From a virus (Duplodnaviria; Caudoviricetes), in IMG/VR virus record IMGVR_UViG_2930666980_000001, positions 37,758 to 101,757 of that record: a stretch of DNA of 64,000 bases. One strand, written 5' to 3'. Position numbers and translations under genes: made by a program. Below are positions 37,978-46,297 of this stretch, piece after piece. The notes beneath the pieces were generated by a model. The model ran no database searches. It saw only the letters and a program-made list of their open reading frames with translations, and was not told the origin of the DNA. How positions within the stretch are numbered: the first letter of the stretch is position 1; each line of letters begins with the position of its first letter.

Positions 37978-40257
37978 ATGGCTGCATGCTGCAGCGTCCC
38001 GCGCTGCGCCTGCCGCGTCACCGCTGGGCCGGGCGTCACCGTCGACGGCAACGGGTCCGCGGCGGCCCCGTACGTCGTCTCTGCGAACGGCGCCACGACG
38101 GCCCTCGGAGTCACGGACACCTCGACCGTCGACCTGACCCTCACCGGGGACGGGAGTGCCGGCGCACCGTACGAGGTCACCGCCGCGGTGATCCTCGACC
38201 CGGCGCCTCCGGGGGGCGGCGACCAGCTCCTCCAGTCCGGGCCCGATGGCCTGTTCCTGGAGTGCGAGCAGGTCCGTGGCTGCCTGACCGCCGGGGACGG
38301 CATCGTGTACGACCCGGACAGCGGGGAGATCAGCGCGACGCCGGAGCCGACTGCGCTCGGCGTCACTGACTCGACGTCGGTAGACCTGACGCTGACCGGC
38401 ACGGGAAGCGCGGCCGACCCCTTCGACGTGACCGCCGCGGTGATCCTCGACCCCACCCCGCCCGGCGGCGGCGACCAGCTCATCCAGTCCGGGCCCGGCG
38501 GCCTGTTCCTCGAATGCGAGCAGGTCCGCGGCTGCATCTCGGCCGGAGACGGCGCAGCGTATGACCCGGCGACGGGGGTCATCGAGGCGCGGCCGTCGAC
38601 GGATGCGGACAACACCCTGACCTTCGGTACCGACGGCGGCCTCCTGGTCCCCCCGGGCAGTACCACGGCCCCGACGGTCGTCGAGGCGGCCGACTCTACG
38701 ACCGTCGACACGGAGGTCACAGGGGCCGGTACAGCGGCGTCCCCGTACGTCGTCACGAGCTCGGTGATCCTCGACCCGGCGCCGCCCGGCGGTGGCGACC
38801 AGCTGCTGCAGGCTGGTCCTGACGGTCTGTTCCTGGAGTGCGAGCAGGTCCGCGAGTGCTTCTCTGCCGGGGACGGTGCGGCGTACGACCCGGCAACGGG
38901 GGTTATCACTGCGCGCGTCTCGGCCGATGCCGGCAACTCGACGGTCTTCGGCAGCGACGGCGGGATCTTCACACCGGCTGGAGGTGGGGGCGAGCCGACC
39001 GCGCTGGGCGTGACCGACTCGACCACCCTCGACCTCTCCGTGTCCGGCACTGGCACGGCGGCCGACCCGTACGACATTACCGGCGCCGTCATCCTGGACC
39101 CGGCACCGCCGGGCGGTGGCGACCAGCTGCTGCAGGCGGGTCCTGACGGTCTGTTCCTGGAGTGCGAGCAGGTCCGCGAGTGCTTCTCTGCCGGGGACGG
39201 TGCGGCGTACGACCCGGCAACGGGGGTGATCGAGGCCCGGCCGTCGACGGACGCGGGCAACACCCTCACCTTCGGTACCGACGGCGGCCTCCTCGTCCCA
39301 CCCGGGAGCGGCACCGCAGACCCGACGGTCGTCGAGGGCGGCGACTCGACGACCGTCGACACAGAGGTGACCGGTGCCGGCACGGCCGCCTCTCCGTACA
39401 TCGTCACGAGCTCCGTGATCCTCGACCCGGCCCCTCCGGGCGGCGGCACTCAGCTACTGCAGGCGGGGCCTGACGGTCTGTTCCTCGAGTGCGAGCAGGT
39501 TCGGGGGTGCCTGGTCGCCGGGGACGGGGCGGCGTACGACCCGGCGGCGGGCGAGGTCGAGGCGCGCCTGTCGGCTGACGCGGCGAACACGGTCGTCTTC
39601 GGCACGGACGGCGGTCTGTTCGTGCCGGCACCGGCGGCCCCGCTGGTCGGGTGCGGCCTGACCGGCGACGGCTCCGCGGGCGCACCGCTGACCGCCAACC
39701 CGATCGCCGGGCAGGAGGCATGGGCCGACACCTGGACCTGCGTCGACGAGACGCATTCGACGCTGAAGTGCGACCCGGACACGGGCGCCCTGTGGACGCC
39801 ACCGGAGCACACGTCAGCGGCCGTCACGATCCAGCAGAACCACCCGATGGGCACGCCGAGCTTCACGGCGACCGGTGGGTACTCCATTGTCAGTACCTCG
39901 GTGTGGTCCGAGGGCACTGTTACCGCTGACTCCATCACCGCCTGCCGGGGCATGGCTTTCAGCGCGACGTTCACCGGGCACCTTGAAGCGAGCTGGACTG
40001 CCGGCAGCGTCTTCGACATCGGCTACGCAGTGCAGATCAACGGCGGCGCCCTCGGCGTGCGGGTCATGCACAGCAAGCTCCAGGCGGGCGGCATCGCCGG
40101 GCGGGAGCGGTGGACGTTCTCGACGGCTCAGGCCGCCATGCTCGCCGCGCACACCGGCTACGCGGTCCGCGTCTACCCGGCGATCCAGGTCACGGCTGGC
40201 ACCGTCACGCTCCAGCAGTGGATCACCGACACCCACCTGATCGTCACGACCCGCTGA
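37978..40257 (+). CDS. Fibre-like repeat protein
   Basis: Five copies of VILDP.PPGGG.QL.Q.GP.GLFLECEQVR.C..AGDG..YDP; AAGGAG SD. Confidence 0.8.
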   Translation: MAACCSVPRCACRVTAGPGVTVDGNGSAAAPYVVSANGATTALGVTDTSTVDLTLTGDGSAGAPYEVTAAVILDPAPPGGGDQLLQSGPDGLFLECEQVRGCLTAGDGIVYDPDSGEISATPEPTALGVTDSTSVDLTLTGTGSAADPFDVTAAVILDPTPPGGGDQLIQSGPGGLFLECEQVRGCISAGDGAAYDPATGVIEARPSTDADNTLTFGTDGGLLVPPGSTTAPTVVEAADSTTVDTEVTGAGTAASPYVVTSSVILDPAPPGGGDQLLQAGPDGLFLECEQVRECFSAGDGAAYDPATGVITARVSADAGNSTVFGSDGGIFTPAGGGGEPTALGVTDSTTLDLSVSGTGTAADPYDITGAVILDPAPPGGGDQLLQAGPDGLFLECEQVRECFSAGDGAAYDPATGVIEARPSTDAGNTLTFGTDGGLLVPPGSGTADPTVVEGGDSTTVDTEVTGAGTAASPYIVTSSVILDPAPPGGGTQLLQAGPDGLFLECEQVRGCLVAGDGAAYDPAAGEVEARLSADAANTVVFGTDGGLFVPAPAAPLVGCGLTGDGSAGAPLTANPIAGQEAWADTWTCVDETHSTLKCDPDTGALWTPPEHTSAAVTIQQNHPMGTPSFTATGGYSIVSTSVWSEGTVTADSITACRGMAFSATFTGHLEASWTAGSVFDIGYAVQINGGALGVRVMHSKLQAGGIAGRERWTFSTAQAAMLAAHTGYAVRVYPAIQVTAGTVTLQQWITDTHLIVTTR

Positions 40258-40268
40258 GGAGCCTGACC

Positions 40269-40451
40269 ATGCGCTACTACCTGCACGAAAACGGCGGCTG
40301 GCTGACCATCAGCGGCGACGACACGTTCACCACCGTGCCCCCCGGCTTCGTCGAGGTCACGGAAGAGGAGTTCAACGCCGCCTCCAGCCAGATCACCCTG
40401 CCTGCGCCACCCGCTGAGCCCGAGGACGACGGCGACCAGCGCAACGCCTGA
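40269..40451 (+). CDS. Small acidic protein (possible fibre chaperone)
   Basis: GAGGAG SD; PPG.VEVTEEEF motif. Confidence 0.65.
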   Translation: MRYYLHENGGWLTISGDDTFTTVPPGFVEVTEEEFNAASSQITLPAPPAEPEDDGDQRNA

Positions 40452-40596
40452 ACTGAGCGGTGCCGTCGGCCCCTCCTGGCGGCACCGCACGCTGCGCCCC
40501 CTGGCATCGCGCCTCTCGGCCTGCTGGTCCGGGGAGGGCCCGCCGGGGCTCGAGGCTCCTGCACGCTGACCACGGGGGCGTGTGGCGCCTCGCGGC

Positions 40597-40640
40597 TATG
40601 CTGGTCGCGTTGCCGCCGCTGGTTCTGGGCCGGGCCGACC
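40597..40640 (+). promoter_or_regulatory. -10 box plus leader hairpin motif (copy 5)
   Basis: TATGCT then CGCCGCTGGTTCTGGGCCGGGC (40614-40635), enclosed by GGTCG/CGACC. Confidence 0.8.
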
Positions 40641-40662
40641 AACACACATGTTGGAGGCCGCT

Positions 40663-41361
40663 GTGCCCCTGATCGCAAATGCGGATGTCATCCGCGTCAC
40701 CCGGGTGGACGGCTGTGGCCGTCCCATCTGTGGCGAGGACAACGGATACTCCTTCGACTGTTTCGCGACCCTGGCCATGAACGCGAATGTCGAGGACGGC
40801 GAGGACGTCGAGTACAAGGCGGCGAACGGCCGGGTCTGTGGCTTCAAGCGGGGCTGCCCGTCCTTCCGTGGCTTCGACGTCGAACTGAACTTCTTCGAGG
40901 TCTCCCCGGAGTTCATCGAGATCACGACCGGCAACCCGGTCGTCTATGGCTACGACGGCGAGCCGATCGGCTACGACGACTGCTCGATCCAGTGCAACAG
41001 CGGCTACGCGCTGGAGCTGTGGGCCGAGGTGCTCGGCGACGACGTCTGTGCCGCCGAGGGAGCAGGCGAGGGTGCGTGGATCTACTTCCTGCTGCCGTGG
41101 GTCACCAACGGCCAGCTCGGTGACCTCGAGGTCGGATCGGAGGCGGCGAGCCTGACCCTGACCGGGGCGACCCGCGCAGGCGGCGCATGGGGAACCGGCC
41201 CGTACGACGTCATGCCGATCGACGCGGCCGGCACGGCGGGCCCGCTCCTCACCCCGCTGGGCTCGAACTGCCATAGGCGGACCTTCACCACGACCATCGC
41301 CCCGCCCGCCGTCCTCGGCGAGTACACGCCGGTCACCGGCGGCCTCTGCCTGGCCTCGTAA
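40663..41361 (+). CDS. Major tail protein
   Basis: RVTRVDGCG.P, EDGED...K.A.G..C, ALELW, YFLLPWV..G.LGD, WG.GPYDV; GGAGG SD. Confidence 0.8.
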   Translation: MPLIANADVIRVTRVDGCGRPICGEDNGYSFDCFATLAMNANVEDGEDVEYKAANGRVCGFKRGCPSFRGFDVELNFFEVSPEFIEITTGNPVVYGYDGEPIGYDDCSIQCNSGYALELWAEVLGDDVCAAEGAGEGAWIYFLLPWVTNGQLGDLEVGSEAASLTLTGATRAGGAWGTGPYDVMPIDAAGTAGPLLTPLGSNCHRRTFTTTIAPPAVLGEYTPVTGGLCLAS

Positions 41362-41441
41362 AGCGGATGACGTCAGGAATGGCGTGCACATCGGTAGCTG
41401 CAGGACTGAGAAGTCTCGCAGCTACCGACCGTGCGCGCGTC

Positions 41442-42092
41442 TCAGATGTGCTTCCAGGTCATGCGCGTGACGATGCTGGTGATGGTCTGGTGGGACACCC
41501 TGTACTCCTGCGCCAAGGCCACCTTGTTTCCCGCGCGGTGAGGGCGGCCTCGGACGTAGTCTCGTCGGATGTCGAGGACCTGCTGTTCCGTGAGCTTGGC
41601 GGTTCCGTGGACCTCGCCCGGATTGTTGGCCAGCCCTCGGAGGGTGCGGCCCGCGTGGACCATGTCTCGTTTGTTCTCCGCCTCGGTACCCAGGTAGAGG
41701 TGCCGGATGTTGATGCAGCCGGAGAGGCCGCTGCCTCCGTTGCAGCAGTGGAGGACGTGGGCGTCGCCGGGGTCGCCGTAAGCCATGATCCAGACCACGC
41801 GAGATGCGTTTCCGCCTCTGGTTCCGTTGTCCAACCTTGTCGTCGTCGCGACGTTCGGCCGCATCGCGTACCCAGTCAGGATGATGCAGTCGTCAGTGGT
41901 TGCGTGAGCCGCCGCCTTCAGTTCGGCGTCCAGTTGGCCCTTACCCCGGCGGGGAACTCGTCCGTTAGGGGACGCGCTGCCGTTCCGTCGGGACCAGCAG
42001 TAACAAGGGTGACACCAGCCCTTGCCGTAGATGGGACGGGTGCACGGGGTCCCGTCCTTGAACACCACACTGCACGTTGTAACGTCGACCAT
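41442..42092 (-). CDS. Free-standing HNH homing endonuclease with C-terminal HTH
   Basis: VLHCCN..CINIRHLYLGTEAENKRDM; GE.H..AKLTE..V..IR; TAGGAG SD. Confidence 0.88.
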   Translation of the reverse strand: MVDVTTCSVVFKDGTPCTRPIYGKGWCHPCYCWSRRNGSASPNGRVPRRGKGQLDAELKAAAHATTDDCIILTGYAMRPNVATTTRLDNGTRGGNASRVVWIMAYGDPGDAHVLHCCNGGSGLSGCINIRHLYLGTEAENKRDMVHAGRTLRGLANNPGEVHGTAKLTEQQVLDIRRDYVRGRPHRAGNKVALAQEYRVSHQTITSIVTRMTWKHI

Positions 42093-42184
42093 GTCGACTC
42101 CTACTCAGTCGGCCATGCCCCCGGACGGGTTCCAGCCGTCGCGGGGGTTCTTGTGCCCCAATTGTACGAGGGGTGGGGATCTGC

Positions 42185-42892
42185 GTGAGTCTGCCGGATG
42201 TGGTTTATGTCGTCCGTCCCAGCGAGGTAAACGAGCAACTGCGCTACAGCTTGCGCAGCTTGAGTAACCTGCCGCATGGCCGAGTGTGGATCGCAGGGTA
42301 TTGCCCTTCCTGGATCACCGGAGTCGGACGCATCCCCGTTCAGCAGGACGGGAGTAAGTACCAGAACTCGACACGTAACCTCAGGGCGGCGTGCGAACAC
42401 TCCGAGGTGTCGGAGACGTTCACGGCGATGAATGACGACTTCTTCGTCATGCAGTCCCAGCCGGACGGGATGCCGGTCCTCCACCGGGGCCCGGTCCGGA
42501 ACGTCGAGGCGTACTACGCGACCAGGGCGCAGGGGAAGTACTTGCGGGGCATGCAGGCCACGCGGGACCTCCTCGTCGAGCGCGGCCACCCTGACCCGCT
42601 GTCGTACGAGCTCCATGTCCCCATGCCCGTGCACAAGCGGGGGATGCTGTACGCCCTCGACGTCGGTCGGCATCTCGATGTCGTCCACAAGCGCAGCCTT
42701 TACGGCAACCTCGCCCAGCTCGGCGGCGAGGAGATCGCGGACGTCAAGATCATGCACCGCGCACCGCGCGGGTACAGCGCCAGCTCTCCGTTCCTCTCGA
42801 CGATGCCCGACTCCTTCGTGGCCGGGCACGTCGGTCAGTACATCCGGCGAAGCTTCCCGCAGGCCTGCCGCTACGAGACCCGGAGACGCTGA
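42185..42892 (+). CDS. Stealth-like (sugar-phosphotransferase) protein
   Basis: DVVY..EQLRYSLRSL..VWIAG..P.W..F..MNDDFF..YELHVP.P. Confidence 0.6.
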   Translation: MSLPDVVYVVRPSEVNEQLRYSLRSLSNLPHGRVWIAGYCPSWITGVGRIPVQQDGSKYQNSTRNLRAACEHSEVSETFTAMNDDFFVMQSQPDGMPVLHRGPVRNVEAYYATRAQGKYLRGMQATRDLLVERGHPDPLSYELHVPMPVHKRGMLYALDVGRHLDVVHKRSLYGNLAQLGGEEIADVKIMHRAPRGYSASSPFLSTMPDSFVAGHVGQYIRRSFPQACRYETRRR

Positions 42893-43710
42893 TGCCCATC
42901 CAGACGGGGCCCTGTGACCCGTGGGAGGTAGACCTCTGCTGCCAGCTCCCGGAGGACCTCGACCCTGCGGTCGTCGACCGCTGGACGCGTGTGGCGTCAC
43001 AGTTCCTGTGGGCGCTCTCAGGGCGTCGCATTGGGCCGTGCCCGGTGACTGTACGGCCGTGCCGCCGCGCGTGCGCTGAGTCGTCCCCTGTGTCCTTTCA
43101 GGCCGGGGTGGGTGCCGGGCCGTGGGTGCCGTATATCGGCGTCGACGGCGTGTGGCGGAACGCGAGCCTCTGCGGGTGTAAGTCGTCGTGTTCCTGCGGG
43201 GAGCTCTGCGAGCTCGACCTCCCCGGGCCGGTGTACGACGTCGTCGAGGTCAACGAGGGCGGGCAGATCCTCACGCCGGGCATCGAGTACCGGGTCGACG
43301 CCCCGGGGAAGCTCGTGCGCCTGGGCGGCCCCTGCTGGCCCAAATGCCAAGATATGGCTGCGCCTCCTGGCGATCCGAACACGCTGACCGTGACGTACCG
43401 GTGGGGGCTGCCGCTCGACGAGTCGGCCATCGCCGCGGTGTCGGAGCTGACGTGTCAGCTGATCCTCGCGTGCCTGCCGGCAGGGACGCGAGGGTGCGGT
43501 GAGTGCCGTCTCCCGGGCAACGTCACGCGGGTCGTGCGCCGCGGCGTCGAGATCGAGATGGCCGACCCCACCGTCATCTTCTCGGAGGGGCGCACCGGCC
43601 TGCCCCTGGTCGACCTGTGGTTGAACACGGTCAACCCTGTCGGGCTGACCTCCCCGTCCCGTGTCTACAGCGTCGACTACCGGAGGCCGCGGGTGACGAC
43701 GTGGCCCTGA
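42892..43710 (+). CDS. Head-to-tail adaptor protein
   Basis: A...LWALSGR..G.C..TVRP, WP.CQD, CRLP..V....R.GV, TGLP.VD.W...NP. Confidence 0.75.
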   Translation: MPIQTGPCDPWEVDLCCQLPEDLDPAVVDRWTRVASQFLWALSGRRIGPCPVTVRPCRRACAESSPVSFQAGVGAGPWVPYIGVDGVWRNASLCGCKSSCSCGELCELDLPGPVYDVVEVNEGGQILTPGIEYRVDAPGKLVRLGGPCWPKCQDMAAPPGDPNTLTVTYRWGLPLDESAIAAVSELTCQLILACLPAGTRGCGECRLPGNVTRVVRRGVEIEMADPTVIFSEGRTGLPLVDLWLNTVNPVGLTSPSRVYSVDYRRPRVTTWP

Positions 43711-44288
43711 ACCCGCTCGCCATCCACGAGGTCGCCGAGAGCGTCCTCGGCTGCGTCTGTGCCGCCTTGGACGACGCCGCCGCTCTGGTCGACGGGCAGC
43801 CCGGTTGCCCGTGCCGGGCCTGCGTGGTCCCCGGGTCGCCGGCATGGGACGGCTGCACCGACCCATGCAGCACGGACGGGGCGGGCGGACAGCTCACCGT
43901 CCATGTCGCCCGGATCTTCGCGACGTCCTCGTTCCCCGCGGACGACCGCACGGTCCAGGGCGGCCGGAACTGCGTACCCGTGGCCTCGACCGGGGCGGAG
44001 CTCGTCGTCACCCTGCTGCGCTGCGCCCCGACGATGTCCGACCGGGGCTGTCCGCCGACGTGCGACGAGCTCGCCGCGGCGGCCCGGACGGTGCACGTCG
44101 ACGCCACCAGCATCTACAACGCGCTGCTCTGCTGCCTGCCGACGACCGGCCGCCGCCGCCGGGGCCCGCAGTTCTTCCTCGGCGCCCAGCGCGTCCTCGA
44201 GCAGGCAGGCGGCTGCATGGGCGTCGAGCAGCGGGTGACCGTGGAGCTCCCGAACTGTGGTTGCCCGAAGGGAGAGGAGAGCCCGTGA
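43701..44288 (+). CDS. Probable tail terminator / neck protein
   Basis: Cys-rich WD.C..GQL.V..LRCAP..GGC.G; position in the neck cluster. Confidence 0.6.
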   Translation: MALNPLAIHEVAESVLGCVCAALDDAAALVDGQPGCPCRACVVPGSPAWDGCTDPCSTDGAGGQLTVHVARIFATSSFPADDRTVQGGRNCVPVASTGAELVVTLLRCAPTMSDRGCPPTCDELAAAARTVHVDATSIYNALLCCLPTTGRRRRGPQFFLGAQRVLEQAGGCMGVEQRVTVELPNCGCPKGEESP

Positions 44289-44506
44289 GGGGGAGGACAT
44301 GGAGGCGGGTGGTCGGCTGGCTGCGCGTGCTCGCTCACCGCCGGGGTTGGATCGCGTCGCCGTCGGCGGCTTTCAGAGGGGTGCCGTTCGGTCCGCAGAA
44401 GCGGGACCTGGCGGGCGAGGTGATGGCCGCGATTGCCCGCAACCACGGGCCCCACAACTGTTGGGCCTGTGCCGAGGACGAGGCGGAGAGGGAGACGGCG
44501 GCGTGA
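44285..44506 (+). CDS. Small hypothetical protein
   Basis: GTGA coupling at both ends; HNCWAC. Confidence 0.5.
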   Translation: MRGRTWRRVVGWLRVLAHRRGWIASPSAAFRGVPFGPQKRDLAGEVMAAIARNHGPHNCWACAEDEAERETAA

Positions 44507-44880
44507 GCGTTCAGGTGACGATCGATCAGGGCCGGTTGGGTCGGCTCCTGCGAGCCCGGGGCGGTATCGCGGAACGGGCGCTGCGCCGCCGCACGGACCG
44601 GGTGGCCGGCATCGCCCGCGTCGAGGCACCAGGCAGCATGGGCGACTACATCAGCACCCGCATCGAGGACGGCCCGCGTGGACTGGTCGGCGTGGTGGAG
44701 TGCGATCACCCGGCCGTCCGGTTCGTCCTCGACGGCACCCGACCGCATGTGATCCGTCCTCGCCGGGCGAGCGCGCTGCGCTTCGAGCTCGGCGGGCGGA
44801 CGGTGTTCGCGAAGAAGGTAAACCACCCGGGGAACAGGGCGAACAACTTCCTGCTCCGCTCGCTGCGTCTTGGGCGCTGA
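44503..44880 (+). CDS. Tail completion protein (HK97 gp10-like)
   Basis: V.DGTRPH.IRPRR..ALRF..VF.K.VNHPG..N.FL. Confidence 0.75.
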   Translation: MSVQVTIDQGRLGRLLRARGGIAERALRRRTDRVAGIARVEAPGSMGDYISTRIEDGPRGLVGVVECDHPAVRFVLDGTRPHVIRPRRASALRFELGGRTVFAKKVNHPGNRANNFLLRSLRLGR

Positions 44881-44949
44881 CGAGGGGCGGGCGCCGGGCC
44901 CTCCTGGCAGAGGACCCGGCTTCGGTACCCAGGGGCACCGTAGCGGCAG

Positions 44950-45135
44950 CTAGTTGCCGGAGCAGCTCGACGAGCTCGAGCTCGTCGACGAGGACGAGCC
45001 GCCGGAGGGCGCCGCGCCCTGCTGCTCGGCGGGGAGGCCAGCGACCTGGGCAACCAAGGAGTCTCGGACGCCCTTCATGATCCTCCGCGTCAGCCAGCGG
45101 TTGACTGCGCGTGAGCTGGCCTCGTGCGAGTTCAC
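44950..45135 (-). CDS. Small Ser-tailed peptide 2
   Basis: GTGA coupling to the upstream minus-strand ORF; ends GGSSSSTSSSSSSCSGN. Confidence 0.45.
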   Translation of the reverse strand: MNSHEASSRAVNRWLTRRIMKGVRDSLVAQVAGLPAEQQGAAPSGGSSSSTSSSSSSCSGN

Positions 45136-45329
45136 TCGCCGCAGCTCGACGAGCTGGAGCCGCTCGAGGTGTCGCAGGTCGTGGACGAGGACGAGTCGTC
45201 AGGGGTGCCCCACACGGAGGGGCCCGGGTCGAGGAACGGGTCAGTGCTCGGCCGGGGCCCTGCCGGCATGGGCCGGGCCGTGCTGCTGGTCGAGGCGGGG
45301 CGGCGGTTGCGCCGGTCGTTGTGCGTCAT
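45132..45329 (-). CDS. Small Ser-tailed peptide 1
   Basis: GGGAG upstream; ends SSSSTTCDTSSGSSSSSCGE. Confidence 0.45.
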   Translation of the reverse strand: MTHNDRRNRRPASTSSTARPMPAGPRPSTDPFLDPGPSVWGTPDDSSSSTTCDTSSGSSSSSCGE

Positions 45330-45389
45330 GTCGTCAGTGTTGCTCCCGGCTCGTCCGTTCAACCCCGTTCGCCGGTTCCGTGGATGCCT

Positions 45390-45427
45390 TACCCTTCCCC
45401 ACCACGCCGCTGGTTGTGGGCCGGGCG
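45390..45427 (+). promoter_or_regulatory. -10 box plus leader hairpin motif (copy 6)
   Basis: TACCCT then CGCCGCTGGTTGTGGGCCGGGCG (45405-45427). Confidence 0.8.
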
Positions 45428-45453
45428 AGACTGCTGGATCAAGGGGCCACCGC

Positions 45454-46005
45454 ATGGCTAAGAAAACGTTCGCCCTCAACACGAAGCCGCACATCGCCGA
45501 CGTGGGCGGCACCGAGCTGGCGTTTCAGGCGGAGGTGATGGGCGACGACTTCATGGACGCCTATGTCGGCCTCCGCGACGCGCAGCGTGGGCTCGGCGTC
45601 GACGTCGACAACTTGGACGAGCTCGACCCGCAGATGCTGCGGAACGTCTCCGGTGCACTGCGTGACTTCCTCGCCCGGCTGATGCTCCCAGACTCCGCGG
45701 ACCTGCTGACTGAGCTCCAGGTCGTCAGTGCCGGCAGGACGATCGAGACGTTCAAGGACCGCGAGACGGCTGAGGAGTTCGCGGCGACGGTCGACGGCGA
45801 GACCCGGATCACGTACTCGCTGCGCCTCCCTGACCGCGTGCTGACCGAGCTGATGGAGTGGGTCGTCGAGCTGTACAGCGGAGGCAAGCGCCCTCCTACG
45901 TCGTCCTCCGGCTCTGCGAAAGCATCGCGGAGGGCTGGGATGCGTGGGACGGGAGTCTCGCCCTCCAAGGTGTCAACCCCCACGACTGGCCCCTCAGACG
46001 CATGA
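45454..46005 (+). CDS. Tail assembly chaperone
   Basis: Upstream of tape measure gene; WVVELY.G.RP followed by a Ser-rich tail. Confidence 0.75.
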   Translation: MAKKTFALNTKPHIADVGGTELAFQAEVMGDDFMDAYVGLRDAQRGLGVDVDNLDELDPQMLRNVSGALRDFLARLMLPDSADLLTELQVVSAGRTIETFKDRETAEEFAATVDGETRITYSLRLPDRVLTELMEWVVELYSGGKRPPTSSSGSAKASRRAGMRGTGVSPSKVSTPTTGPSDA

Positions 46006-46217
46006 TCAATGCGGCTGAGGCCGCCATCGAGCAGGGCGCGGAGGACGACGCCGAGCGCAAGCGGATCCGGACGCGGCTCTACGCACCGCCCAAGGGGAGC
46101 CGCCCGCAGCGGCGTGTCCGGCCGCCCGGTATGGGCTTCGACGCCGCGGGCGCTCAGGCCCTCGCCCAGCAGCTCGAGGCGGAGGACGAACGGCTGACCG
46201 GACGGCGCTCCGGATAG
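45858..46217 (+). CDS. Tail assembly chaperone C-terminal extension (-1 frame)
   Basis: Overlapping -1 frame Y..LRL..W..WDG.L...GV.P..WPLRR..N; 5' boundary uncertain. Confidence 0.6.
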   Translation: MGRRAVQRRQAPSYVVLRLCESIAEGWDAWDGSLALQGVNPHDWPLRRMINAAEAAIEQGAEDDAERKRIRTRLYAPPKGSRPQRRVRPPGMGFDAAGAQALAQQLEAEDERLTGRRSG

Positions 46218-46273
46218 TCTGAATGCACGGCCGGGCCCTGCTCGTCCGTATGCCGCTGGTTGTGGGCCGGGCA
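46215..46273 (+). promoter_or_regulatory. -10 box plus leader hairpin motif (copy 7)
   Basis: TAGTCT then TGCCGCTGGTTGTGGGCCGGGCA (46251-46273). Confidence 0.75.
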
Positions 46274-46297
46274 ACAACACGTTCGCGTGAGGTTGCC

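Noticed and set aside
29756-40257. Diversity-generating retroelement acting on the fibre repeats
   Set aside because: No reverse transcriptase in the window; repeats are in-frame coding units and differences are not adenine-specific
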